Origin: an uncultured Acidimicrobiia bacterium
Lineage (GTDB): Bacteria; Actinomycetota; Acidimicrobiia; Acidimicrobiales; AC-14
NCBI GenBank assembly: GCA_963836205.1
Contig: CAWIIV010000011.1
Coordinates: 1-64,000, forward strand
Direction of reading: 5' to 3'
Length of the DNA stretch: 64,000 nt
The notes under the pieces were generated by a model. The model was not told where the DNA came from. It worked only from the letters and a program-made list of their open reading frames with translations, and made no database searches. Position numbers and translations under genes: made by a program. Numbering within the stretch: position 1 is the stretch's first letter; each line of letters starts with the position of its first letter. Positions 9,017 to 18,759 of the stretch are shown piece after piece.

Positions 9017-11398
9017 CTAACAGTCGCCGGCGCCGGCCACCCGGGTCACCTGGGTGGCGGCGATCTGCTGGCCGCCCGCCGGTGCCGAGCCGCTGTCGAA
9101 GACCACGAACGTGACCTGGTAGGAGTCACCCACGTTGTCGTCGGAGCCGAAGGTCGCCGGCCGGGAGAAGTTGCCCGCCCCGTCCCAGTCGGTGACGGTC
9201 GCGTAGTCGGTGCTGCCACCGGAGAGGTTGCGGACGCCGACGGCCAGTGAGCGGCCCGGGCGGAGGCCTGCAGCGCCGCGGACGACGTAACAACGGCCGA
9301 CCTCCCCGCCCGAGGGCTGGACGAAGGTGATCGTCTCCGGCTGCTGGTTGCCGGGCGGGGCGGTGTCGGGCGGGGCGGTCCCGGGCGGCGCGGTCGGAGG
9401 CGTGGTGTCGCCCGGGGGTGACGGCGACCCGCCCCCGGGCGGGAAGTTGGGCGCGGTGTCCACCGGGCCCCCGGGAACAGTGATCGTGGGGCCCGGCCCG
9501 ACGGTGGTCGGCGCCTGGCCTCCCCCACTGCCGACGTCGGTTGGGGTGTCGCTCTTGCCCAGCACGACGAAGAGGGCGACCGCGGCCACGATCACGACCA
9601 CGGCGCTGGCCAGCACTGCCAGCCAGACGTGGGAGGAGCCGCCTCGGCCCGGAGGGCCCGGGTCGTACGGCGCGGGCGGGGGGGACGGCGACGGTGGCGG
9701 TGGGGCCCACGATCGCTCCTGCGACACCGGGGCCGCCGGTGGTCCGGACGGCGGGGTGGCGTGGGTCCACGACCGATCTCGTGCCGGCTCCGGGGCCGGG
9801 GCGGCGGACGCGACCGCCGCCGGCGATCGGGGCGAACGGGAGCCGGGCAACCGGCGACGATCGGGCGCAGCCGGCGCCGCCGGCGACCCGGGCGGTGGTG
9901 CGACGGGCGACCACGGTCGCTCCCGGTAGACCGTTTCCGACTCGACGCCGGCGGTGGCGGCCGGCGAAGACGGGGACGGGAGGTCGAAGCCGGCCGGTTC
10001 GTCGTCGAACGTCGACCGTTCGTCGTCGTCGGGCTCGCCGTCGTACTCGAGCGGCTCGGCCTCGGGACCTCGCGGCGGCCGGGCCGCGGCCCCGACCAGA
10101 CCCGCAGCGGGCGCCGGCCAACGCCGCCAGCGGGACCGCGGTCCCGGCTCGTCCTCCTCCCCATCCTCGGCGGCCGACATCGGTTCCACCTCCGGCCACG
10201 GTCGATCACGCCGGTAGGTGGTGGCGTCACCACCAGGGGTGGCGGCCGCGCTTGGCAGGCGGCGCACCGGCGACGCCGTCTCGTCGACTTCGGGTTTCGG
10301 TGCCATCGGCTCGGGAGGGGGCGCGGCTCGGGCCGCGAACACGGGCAGGGTGGCGCTGGCCGAGTCGGAACGGGCCTGGGCTCGGCGCCCGATGAGCGGC
10401 ACCGTCCCGCTCGCGCCATCCCCATCGGCAGCCAGGGGGCTCGGCGGGGGAGGGACGGGCTTGATCGGTCGGGCCGCGAACACGGGCAGGGTGGCGGTGC
10501 CGTCGTCGGCGCTGGGCGCCACCAGCGTCGTGGGTTGCCGGCCGTGCGCCGCCTGCACCTCCTGGAGCGCCTCGCCGAGCGCCCGGGCCGAGGGGATGCG
10601 GGCGTCGGGGTCCTTGACCAGCGCCTCGTCGAGCACGTCGCACAGCTCGTCGGGCACGCCCAGGGGCCGCAGGTCGGGTGGGTCCTCGGACATGATCCGG
10701 GTCAGCAGGGGGTGGAAGGTCTCGTCGTCGGCGCGTACGAAAGGCGCCGTCCCGGCGAGGAGCGTGTAGAGGGTCGAGGCCAGCGAGTACACGTCGGACG
10801 CCTCGGTGGCCGGCCTCCCGGACAGGACCTCGGGGGCGGCATGGGCCAGGCTGCCCGTGATCACACCGGTGCGGGTCTCCGTGCCCCCCTGGATGCGGGC
10901 CACGCCGAAGTCGGAGAGCTGGGGCTCGGCGTAGGCCGACACCAGCACGTTGTCGGGCTTGACGTCGCGGTGGAGCACCCCGGCGGCATGGGCCGATGCC
11001 AGCGCGCCCGCCAGTTTCACCCCCGCATCGGCCACCTCCTCCCAGGGCAGGGCACCGTCGTCGGCGATGAGCTGGGCCAGGCTGCCCCCCAGCAGGTGCT
11101 CCATGACCAGGTAGGGCTGGCCCGACCTGGTGTGACCCGACCCGTAGACGGCGACGATGTGCGGGTGCCCCGACACCGAGCCCATGGCCCGGCACTCACG
11201 CTCGAAGCGGCGGAGGGACTCCTCGTCGAGGGCGGGCACCGACAGCACCTTTACCGCGACCGTCCGGCCGAAAGCCTCTTGCCGAGCCCGGTAGACGACC
11301 CCGAAGCCGCCCTGCCCGACCTTGGTGGCTTCGCCGATGCCGTCGATGCCGAGATCGACCGATTCGCCGTTCGTTTCCTGCCGCCCGCCTAAGGACAT
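9017..11398 (-). CDS. Hanks-type Ser/Thr protein kinase with Pro-rich linker, one TM and an extracytoplasmic domain
   Basis: GQGGFGVVY, VAVK, HRDVKPDN, SDFG, APE and SDVYSL motifs; TM WLAVLASAVVVIVAAVALFVVL. Confidence 0.93.
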   Translation of the reverse strand: MSLGGRQETNGESVDLGIDGIGEATKVGQGGFGVVYRARQEAFGRTVAVKVLSVPALDEESLRRFERECRAMGSVSGHPHIVAVYGSGHTRSGQPYLVMEHLLGGSLAQLIADDGALPWEEVADAGVKLAGALASAHAAGVLHRDVKPDNVLVSAYAEPQLSDFGVARIQGGTETRTGVITGSLAHAAPEVLSGRPATEASDVYSLASTLYTLLAGTAPFVRADDETFHPLLTRIMSEDPPDLRPLGVPDELCDVLDEALVKDPDARIPSARALGEALQEVQAAHGRQPTTLVAPSADDGTATLPVFAARPIKPVPPPPSPLAADGDGASGTVPLIGRRAQARSDSASATLPVFAARAAPPPEPMAPKPEVDETASPVRRLPSAAATPGGDATTYRRDRPWPEVEPMSAAEDGEEDEPGPRSRWRRWPAPAAGLVGAAARPPRGPEAEPLEYDGEPDDDERSTFDDEPAGFDLPSPSSPAATAGVESETVYRERPWSPVAPPPGSPAAPAAPDRRRLPGSRSPRSPAAVASAAPAPEPARDRSWTHATPPSGPPAAPVSQERSWAPPPPSPSPPPAPYDPGPPGRGGSSHVWLAVLASAVVVIVAAVALFVVLGKSDTPTDVGSGGGQAPTTVGPGPTITVPGGPVDTAPNFPPGGGSPSPPGDTTPPTAPPGTAPPDTAPPGNQQPETITFVQPSGGEVGRCYVVRGAAGLRPGRSLAVGVRNLSGGSTDYATVTDWDGAGNFSRPATFGSDDNVGDSYQVTFVVFDSGSAPAGGQQIAATQVTRVAGAGDC

Positions 11399-11504
11399 GC
11401 GAATCCAGCGTAACCGCCTCTCCCGCTTATCGAGTCACGCCCCGATGAGCGGACCGGCCCGGCGACGTGGCCGGGGACGTCACCCGTGCGACCGCATAGC
11501 GATC

Positions 11505-11973
11505 TCGTCGCGCTAGCGTTTGCTGTTGGCTGGGCCGGACACCCAAGGCGGAAAGCGAGGCACTCATGCCAGCGATCAAGGTCACGTCGGAGCAACTGGA
11601 GTCGGTCTCCCGGCTTCTCGACAGCGGGCGCCAGGACGTGGCCCAGCAGCTCGCCTCCATGGAGGGCCAGGTCAAGGGCCTCGTCGACGCCGACTGGCAG
11701 GGAGCGGCCTCCAGCAGCTTCCGCGACATGTGGGACCAGTGGCACACCGGCGCCCGCCAGGTGGAAGAGGCCCTGGCCGGGATCTCCCAGCTCCTCCAGC
11801 AGGCGGCCACGACCTACCGCGACACGGAGGACCAGCTCTCCAGCCAGATGCGCGGGTAGCCGAAGGCGAGGACGCAGCGGTGGAGCTGTACGTCGACGTC
11901 GACGCCCTGGCCGAGCTGTCCCGCCAGCTCGACGACGTCAAGGCGGCCCTGGAGCGGGCCCACGACGACGTCG
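11505..11973 (+). repeat. 469-bp direct repeat, copy 1 (upstream region, WXG100 gene, 5' part of the next gene)
   Basis: Matches 37961-38429 at an offset of 26456, with one mismatch seen (11515 A vs 37971 G). Confidence 0.95.
11566..11859 (+). CDS. WXG100 family type VII secretion substrate (EsxA-like), copy 1
   Basis: 97 aa helical hairpin with central WQG and C-terminal YxxxE (YRDTE). Confidence 0.95.
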   Translation: MPAIKVTSEQLESVSRLLDSGRQDVAQQLASMEGQVKGLVDADWQGAASSSFRDMWDQWHTGARQVEEALAGISQLLQQAATTYRDTEDQLSSQMRG

Positions 11974-12161
11974 AGGGCCACGGCCAACTCGGCTCGCAAC
12001 GCCTGAGCGACGCCCTGGACGACTTCGTGGAGGGCTGGCGGGACGGGCGCAAGCACATCATCGACGACATCGACGGTCTCCTGGGCCGGATCAAGGGGGC
12101 GGTCGACACCTATCGGGAGCAGGAGTCGGCCCTGGCCAAGGCGGCCAAAGGCGAGGGCTGA
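11880..12161 (+). CDS. Small WXG100-like helical partner protein
   Basis: GTG start after GAGG; 93 aa; FVEGWRDG and C-terminal YREQE (YxxxE); sits between the WXG100 and Rhs genes. Confidence 0.8.
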   Translation: MELYVDVDALAELSRQLDDVKAALERAHDDVEGHGQLGSQRLSDALDDFVEGWRDGRKHIIDDIDGLLGRIKGAVDTYREQESALAKAAKGEG

Positions 12162-12164
12162 GCG

Positions 12165-15100
12165 ATGGCCACCCTGACCTGGGACGCCGTCGGGGGCGAC
12201 CCCGCCCCCGGCGACCCCGCCGCCTTCGAGGCCATGGCCCGGGGCTTCGAGCGCACCGCCGAGGACGCGGCCGACGCCAAACGGAAGCTGGAGTCCTTCA
12301 GCAAGGGCGTCGACGACAGCATCTGGCGGGGGGAGTCGGCCGGCGCCTTCCGGGAGAAGATCTCCGAGCTGCCCGGCCGCCTGGGCAAGCTCCACTCCTC
12401 CTACACCGCCGCCTCCGACGGCGTGGCCGGCTACGGGCGCAGCCTGCGCGACCTGCAGGGCCAGGCCCGCAGCCTGCTGTCCCAGGCCCAGGGCGCGCAG
12501 GACGACCAGACCACCCAGGAGGCCAGCCGGGACCGGGCCCGGGACGCCGATCCCACCGCCCCCACCACCGCCCACGACGACGCCATCGCCGCCGCCCAGG
12601 GCCGGCTCAACGGGGCCCGCAATAGCCTCGACGACCTGCGCGACCGCCGCCGGGGAGCCGAGGACCGGGCCATCGGCAAGCTCGACGAGGCGGGCGAGCT
12701 GGGCATCGCCAACGACTCGTGGTGGAAGCGCACCTTCGACGCCATCGACAACTGGGTCGACGAGCACGCCGACATCCTCAAGACCCTGTCGGAGGCGCTC
12801 AAGGTCATCTCCGCCATCGCCGGGGTGCTGTCCTTCATCCCCTTCCTGGCCCCCATCTGCGGCCCCATCGCCCTCATCGCCGGCGGCCTGGCCCTGCTCA
12901 CCGACGCCGCCCTGGCCGCCACCGGCAACGGCGACTGGAAGATGCTGCTGGTCGACGCCGCCCTCATGGCCCTGCCGGGGGCGGGCGCCTTGCTGCGGGC
13001 CGGCCTGCGGGGCACACGGGTGGCGACCACCGGCGCCAAGGCCATGAAGGGCCTGAAGTCGGTGGGGGGCAGGGCCAAGGGCATGCCGAAGCGGATCTTC
13101 AAGCGCCTGACCTGCGGCGACCCGGTCGACGTGGCCACCGGCGAGGTGGTGATGAGCCACACCGACGTCCAGTTGCCGGGGGCCCTGCCCCTCGTGCTCT
13201 CCCGCACGTACGTCTCGTCGTCCCGGGTCAGCGGCGGCTTCGGCCCCTCCTGGTTCTCGACGTTCGACCAGATGCTCGAGATCTCCTCCGACGGGATCGT
13301 GTACGCCTCGGCCGACGGCATGGTGCTCGCCTACACGGTGCCGGACGAGGCCGCCCCCGCCTTCCCCGAGAAAGGCCCCCGCTGGCCGCTTGCCCGGACC
13401 GGCCACGATCGCTACACCGTGTTCGACGCCGACAGCCGGAACACCCTGCACTTCGCCCCAACCGCGGTCGCCGGCCCCGGCCCGGCCGTCGCGCCCCTCG
13501 CCGCCATCGTCGACCGCAACGGGGATCGGATCGACGTCGATCGTGACCAGGCGGGGACGCTCACCGGCCTGCGCCACTCCGGCGGCTACCACCTCGACGT
13601 CGAAAGCGCCGACGGCCTCACCACCGCCGTGCGGCTGCGGGGTCGTCCGGGGGATACCGACCAGCTGCTCGTCCGCTACGGGTACGACGACGCCGGCCGC
13701 CTCGACCGGGTCGTCAACTCGTCGGGGGAGCCGCTGCGTTTCGAGCACGACGGCCACGGACGGATCGTCCGCTGGGACGACCGCATCGGCTGTTGGTACC
13801 GCTACACCTACGACGACGAGACGGGGGCGTGCGTGGCCACCTCCGGCCCGGACGGGATGCTCGACGCCACCTTCGTCTACGACACCGCCAACCGGGCCAC
13901 CCTCTTCACCGACTCGCTGGGCAACGTCAGGTCGTTCTTCCTCGACGAGCGGGGCCGGCTGACCCGTGAGGTCGACCCCGCGGGCAACGTCGTCACCGCC
14001 GAGTGGGACGACCACGACCGTCTCCTGACCCGCACCGACCCCCTCGGCCGCACCACCCGCTACCGTTACGACGGGGCGGGCAACCTGATGGTCGTCACCC
14101 GTCCCGACGGGAGCCAGGTCGAGACCGCCTACGACGACCGGGGCCTGCCGGTGCGGGTGGTGGAACCCACCGGCGCGGTGTGGCAACGGGCCTACGACGA
14201 CGCCGGCAACGTCACCGACGTCACCGATCCGATGGGAGCCACGACCCGCTACGCCTACGACGAGCGGGGCCATCCGGCCGCCGTCACCGACGCCCTGGGC
14301 CACGTCCGCCGGGTCGAGTCCAACCCCGCCGGGCTGCCGGTCGCCACCGTCGACCCCCTGGGCGCGGTCGTCCGATACCAGCGGGACGGGTTCGGCCGCA
14401 TCATCGCCACCACCGACCCGGTGGGCGGCGTCACCCGCTATCAGTGGACCGTCGAAGGGTTGTTGGCAGCTCGCACCTCGCCCAGCGGGGCCACCGAGCG
14501 CTGGACCCACGACGGCGAGGGCAACCTCGTGGCCTACGTCGACCCGGCCGGTGGTCGCACCCGGTACGACGTCGGCCACTTCGACCTGCCCCGGGCCGAG
14601 ATCGGGCCCGACGGCTCCCGGCTGGAGATGGCGTACGACACCGAGCTGCGGCTGACGTCGGTCAGCAACGCCCTGGGGCTGGTGTGGCGCTACGACTACG
14701 ACTCCGTCGGCAACCTCGTCGGCGAGGTCGACTTCAACGGCTGCGAGCTGCACTACCTGCACGACGGTGCCGGCCAGCTCGTCCAGCGCACCAACGGGCT
14801 GGGCGAGGCGCTCAGGTTCGTGCGCGACCGCCTGGGGAAGGTGGTCGAGGTGGCCTCCGCCGAGGGATCGGCGACATTCGCCTACGACCCCGCCGGCAAC
14901 CTGGTGGCGGCCGCCAACGCCGACGCCGAGGTAGTACTTGAGTACGACCGACGCGGGCGGGTCCTGTCGGAGAGCCTCGACGGCGCCGCGGTGACCTCCT
15001 CGTACGACCTCCTCGGCCGCCGGACCGGCCGCCGCACCCCGTCCGGTGCCCACAGCGAGTGGGAGTACGACGCCAACGACGCCCCCCTCGTCCTGCGCAC

Positions 15101-16505
15101 CGATGCCGCCACGCTTACCTTCGCCCACGACGCCGCCGGTCGGGAAGTCCAGCGCCGGGCCGGGAACGCGATGCTCACCCAGGCCTGGGACGCCGACCAC
15201 CGCCTCGCCAGCCAGACTCTGGAGGCCGCCGCGCCCACCCCCGGGGGGTTGGCGTCGGCCGCCGGCCGCCTCGTCCAGCGGCGGTCCTTCGCCTACCGGG
15301 CCGACGGGCACCTGGTCGGGATCGACGACCTCCTGGCCGGACCCCGCCGCTTCGACCTCGACGCTGTCGGCCGGATCACCGGCGTGCACGGCGCCGGGTG
15401 GACCGAGCGCTACGCCTACGACACCGCCGGCAACGTCACCCACGGCGACTGGCCCACGCCCGCCCCGACGGCCACCGACGAGCCCGACGCCCGCGGCGAG
15501 CGGGTCTTCTCCGGCACCCTGGTGCGGCGGGCGGGCGACGTCCGCTACGAGCACGACGCCCAGGGCCGGGTCACCCTCCGCCAGCAGCGGCGACGCTCGG
15601 GCCGGCCCCTCACCTGGCGTTACCAGTGGGACTCCTACGATCGCCTGGTGTCCGTGACGACTCCCGACGGCGACCTCTGGCGCTACCGCTACGACCCCCT
15701 CGGTCGCCGGGTGGCCAAGGAGCGGGTGGCCGACGACGGGACGGTCGGGGAGCGGGTCGGGTTCGTCTGGGACGGCATCGTCCTCGCCGAGGAGGTCGGC
15801 GCCGAGCGAACCACGGTGTGGGACTGGGAGCCCGACCGCTTCCGTCCCGCCGCCCAGACCGAGTGGCCGTCGTCGCGGGACGCCCCCCAGGAGGTCGTCG
15901 ACGAACGTTTCTTCGCCATCGTCGCCGACGTGGTGGGCACGCCCACCGAGCTGGTCGACATCGGCGGCGCCCTGGCCTGGCGCTCCCGCACCACGCTGTG
16001 GGGCACGCCGGTGGCCGACGAGCCGGGAGCCGTCTCCTGTCCCCTGCGCTTCCCCGGCCAGTACCACGACGCCGAGACCGGTCTGAACTTCAACTTCTTC
16101 CGGTACTACAGCCCGGTCACCGCCGGCTACGTCAGCCCCGACCCCCTCGGCCTCGACGGCGGACCCAACCCCCACGAGTACGTGCCCAACCCCCTGGTAT
16201 GGACCGACCCGATGGGCGAGAAGTGCGAGCACGGGTCGTACACCAACACCTTCGCCAGCGGGAAGAAGTACCACGGGAAGGGCTCCCGGGTCCGATCGCA
16301 GCGATCGGCCCGCAAAACGGCCAGGGAGTTCAACGACGACCACGTGGCGACCGACTGGAAGCCGTCGCCCAGCGAGGCGGAGTCGTTCAAGGACGAAGCG
16401 AGGCGGATCCGCGCCGACGGCGGACCGGCCCGGGGCGACCTGAGCAAGCCCAACTACAACAAGATCGACTCCCCGGGCGAGAAGATGCTCGGGAGCGGGC
16501 CATGA
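12165..16505 (+). CDS. Rhs/YD-repeat polymorphic toxin: WXG100-like N-terminus, TM segment, DUF6531-like domain, Rhs core, GIY-YIG/URI-like C-terminal domain
   Basis: Motifs: WRGESAGAF; a hydrophobic stretch; GDPVDVATGE; many YD repeats; PLRFPGQYHDAETGLNFNFFRYY; SPDPLG; PLVWTDPMG. The tip reads GSYTNTFASGKKYHG. Confidence 0.93.
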   Translation: MATLTWDAVGGDPAPGDPAAFEAMARGFERTAEDAADAKRKLESFSKGVDDSIWRGESAGAFREKISELPGRLGKLHSSYTAASDGVAGYGRSLRDLQGQARSLLSQAQGAQDDQTTQEASRDRARDADPTAPTTAHDDAIAAAQGRLNGARNSLDDLRDRRRGAEDRAIGKLDEAGELGIANDSWWKRTFDAIDNWVDEHADILKTLSEALKVISAIAGVLSFIPFLAPICGPIALIAGGLALLTDAALAATGNGDWKMLLVDAALMALPGAGALLRAGLRGTRVATTGAKAMKGLKSVGGRAKGMPKRIFKRLTCGDPVDVATGEVVMSHTDVQLPGALPLVLSRTYVSSSRVSGGFGPSWFSTFDQMLEISSDGIVYASADGMVLAYTVPDEAAPAFPEKGPRWPLARTGHDRYTVFDADSRNTLHFAPTAVAGPGPAVAPLAAIVDRNGDRIDVDRDQAGTLTGLRHSGGYHLDVESADGLTTAVRLRGRPGDTDQLLVRYGYDDAGRLDRVVNSSGEPLRFEHDGHGRIVRWDDRIGCWYRYTYDDETGACVATSGPDGMLDATFVYDTANRATLFTDSLGNVRSFFLDERGRLTREVDPAGNVVTAEWDDHDRLLTRTDPLGRTTRYRYDGAGNLMVVTRPDGSQVETAYDDRGLPVRVVEPTGAVWQRAYDDAGNVTDVTDPMGATTRYAYDERGHPAAVTDALGHVRRVESNPAGLPVATVDPLGAVVRYQRDGFGRIIATTDPVGGVTRYQWTVEGLLAARTSPSGATERWTHDGEGNLVAYVDPAGGRTRYDVGHFDLPRAEIGPDGSRLEMAYDTELRLTSVSNALGLVWRYDYDSVGNLVGEVDFNGCELHYLHDGAGQLVQRTNGLGEALRFVRDRLGKVVEVASAEGSATFAYDPAGNLVAAANADAEVVLEYDRRGRVLSESLDGAAVTSSYDLLGRRTGRRTPSGAHSEWEYDANDAPLVLRTDAATLTFAHDAAGREVQRRAGNAMLTQAWDADHRLASQTLEAAAPTPGGLASAAGRLVQRRSFAYRADGHLVGIDDLLAGPRRFDLDAVGRITGVHGAGWTERYAYDTAGNVTHGDWPTPAPTATDEPDARGERVFSGTLVRRAGDVRYEHDAQGRVTLRQQRRRSGRPLTWRYQWDSYDRLVSVTTPDGDLWRYRYDPLGRRVAKERVADDGTVGERVGFVWDGIVLAEEVGAERTTVWDWEPDRFRPAAQTEWPSSRDAPQEVVDERFFAIVADVVGTPTELVDIGGALAWRSRTTLWGTPVADEPGAVSCPLRFPGQYHDAETGLNFNFFRYYSPVTAGYVSPDPLGLDGGPNPHEYVPNPLVWTDPMGEKCEHGSYTNTFASGKKYHGKGSRVRSQRSARKTAREFNDDHVATDWKPSPSEAESFKDEARRIRADGGPARGDLSKPNYNKIDSPGEKMLGSGP

Positions 16506-17398
16506 CCGCGGGCGACGACGGGTCGGGCATCCGGGTCATCAGCGGGCCCGGCCCGGTGGTGGTGTGGGTCGAGTCCGCCCGCATCGACGAGTGCATCGCC
16601 TTCGCCCGCCAGCAGGGGTCGCTCCGCATCGCCCTGGCCCCGTACATGGGCTTCGAGGGCCACGACCTCGAGTTCCTCGCCGACCATCCCGACGTCCGGG
16701 GCGTGACGCTGGCCAACCTCGACGATGCCGATGTCGGCGGCCTCCGGTTCCTCGAAGGCAGCCTGGAGTCGCTGCACCTGGGCGAGAACCGGCAACCCAT
16801 CGACTTCAGCCGCTTCCCACACCTCGAACGGTTGCAGACCGTCTGGCACCCGGGCCTCACCATCGAGTCCGCCAGCCTTCGGGCGCTCGTCGTCCACAAG
16901 TACAAGCCCAAGACCAAGGACCTCCAGGCGTTGCCCTCCCTGCCCGCGCTCGACGACCTGGCGCTGACCCAGTCCCCCATCGAGACGCTCCGGGGCATCG
17001 GTCGCTTCCCGAATCTGGGCCGCCTGTTCCTGGGCGTGATGTCCAAGCTCGGGTCGATCGCCGACATCGCCGAGCTCGCCGACGGGCGCCTGGAGATCCT
17101 CGAGTGCCACGGCTGCCGCAAGATGGCCGACCACGAGGCGGTGCGGAAGGTGCGGTCGCTACGGGTGCTGCGGTTCAACAACTGCGGCGAGATCCCCAAC
17201 CTGGGCTTCCTCGACGACCTGCCTCACCTGGGGGAGTTCCGGTTCGTCGATACCAACATCGCCGACGGCGACCTGCGCCCGCTCCTGCGCCTCGAATCGG
17301 TCGGGTTCTTCAAGAAGAAGCACTACTCGCACACACCGGAGGAGGTGGACGCCATCATCGGACGGTCCACGTCGGAGGGGACCCACGATGGCGACTGA
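16502..17398 (+). CDS. Leucine-rich-repeat protein, putative cognate immunity protein
   Basis: ATGA overlap with the Rhs stop; repeated LxxLxL units (LESLHL, LERLQT, LDDLAL, LGRLFL, LRVLRF). Confidence 0.82.
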   Translation: MTAGDDGSGIRVISGPGPVVVWVESARIDECIAFARQQGSLRIALAPYMGFEGHDLEFLADHPDVRGVTLANLDDADVGGLRFLEGSLESLHLGENRQPIDFSRFPHLERLQTVWHPGLTIESASLRALVVHKYKPKTKDLQALPSLPALDDLALTQSPIETLRGIGRFPNLGRLFLGVMSKLGSIADIAELADGRLEILECHGCRKMADHEAVRKVRSLRVLRFNNCGEIPNLGFLDDLPHLGEFRFVDTNIADGDLRPLLRLESVGFFKKKHYSHTPEEVDAIIGRSTSEGTHDGD

Positions 17399-17720
17399 CT
17401 ACCCGCACGACGACGACGGCGAGGCCCTCAAGCGGGTGGCCGCCGACGGCAACGACATGTCCAAGCCGATGCCGATCGACTTCACGGTGGTGGTCCCCGA
17501 CGAGGACTCGGCGAGAGCGGTCGCCGGGGTGGCGGCGGCGGCGGGCTACGACCCCGACATCGACTACGACGGCGAAGCCGACGAGTGGATCGTCGAGGCC
17601 ACCAAGACCATGCTCGCCACCTATGAGAACGTCGTCGGCGCCCAGGCCGAGCTGGGGGCCCTGACCTCACCGCACGGCGGCGAGGTCGACGGTTGGGGCA
17701 CGTTCGGCAACAACGACTGA
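17388..17720 (+). CDS. RraB-like domain protein, putative additional immunity protein
   Basis: DDDGEALKR...G.DMSKPMPIDF and C-terminal HGGEVDGWG; acidic; overlaps the previous gene. Confidence 0.8.
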   Translation: MATDYPHDDDGEALKRVAADGNDMSKPMPIDFTVVVPDEDSARAVAGVAAAAGYDPDIDYDGEADEWIVEATKTMLATYENVVGAQAELGALTSPHGGEVDGWGTFGNND

Positions 17721-17851
17721 TCCTCGGAGGACCCGAGGTACCACGTTTCTAGAACACTTTTGCTAGTATTCTCAATCCGATGTAGGTTGTGAGGAGCGGC
17801 GCGCGCAGAACCCCTCTTTCGACTCGGTGCTCCGCTCCGGGAGGAACACCC

Positions 17852-18704
17852 ATGAACCACGTCCACCACCACCGAATCCGTGCCGGGATACTTATCGTGG
17901 CCGCGGCTCATGACCGCCTCGCTTCTGTGGCCCATGTCCGCGCAGGCGGCCGTCGCCTGCACCGAGACCGCACTGGTTCAGGCGGTCACGGCCGCCAATG
18001 CTGCAGGCGGGGGCAACGTCGTCCTGACGCCGGGCTGCACCTACGTCCTGACCAAGAGCAACAACATCGGCGCATATGGCCCGAACGGGCTGCCCATCAT
18101 CACCACCGTGGTCACCTTGACGGGCAACGCCAACGTCATCACCCGCTCCGCCGCGCTGGTGACCCGTCCCTTCCGGATCGCCGAGGTGAGCAAGACCGGC
18201 AACCTCACCCTGAAATCGGTCACCCTCAACAACGGCTTCGCGGTCGGTTCCGGCGGCGGCATCCTGAACTTCGGTGCGGCGACGCTCACCGGCAGCGCAC
18301 TGACGAACAACAGGGCCACCGGCGTCGGCGGCGGCCTCGCCAACGCCGATGTACCCGCGCCCGGGACCGGGACGGCGGCAACCTTCACCAGCAGCACGGT
18401 GTCGGGCAACTCCGCGGCCGGCAGGGGCGGCGGCATCTACAACGGCCTTCGAGGCACGCTGACCGTGACCACCAGTTCCGTCACGATCAACAGCGGCCTG
18501 CTGGCCGGCGGCGGTATCGCGGCCGTCAACTCGACGGCGACAACCCTCACCAGCACCCCGATCAGCGCCAACAGTGCCACCCTCGGCGCCGGGGGCGTCT
18601 ACCGCCTCGGCGGGGTGATCACCGTCACCACCTCCCCCATCACCGGCAACACGCCGAACAACTGCGTAGGCAGCTCCCCGGCCGTTCCCGGCTGCACGGC
18701 CTGA
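17852..18704 (+). CDS. Secreted right-handed beta-helix repeat protein (+1 frameshift in the signal peptide near 17906)
   Basis: SD GGAGGAA and ATG 17852 (MNHVHHHRIRAGILIVAA) join the MTASLLWPMSAQAAVAC frame; GGGILN, GGGLAN and GGGIYN repeats. Confidence 0.75.
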
Positions 18705-18759
18705 CAACGGCTGGCAGCCACCGGGGCTCCGTGGGCCCGGCCGGTCGAGATGCTCCGGA

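Noticed and set aside
11814-16343. 1509-aa minus-strand ORF and similar long antisense ORFs (35233-37731, 57648-59975, 1613-3382)
   Set aside because: These are stop-poor shadows of real high-GC genes on the opposite strand and carry no motifs of their own.
17751-17772. Inverted repeat AGAACACT-N6-AGTATTCT as an operator
   Set aside because: A single imperfect site with no identifiable regulator; too weak to call.
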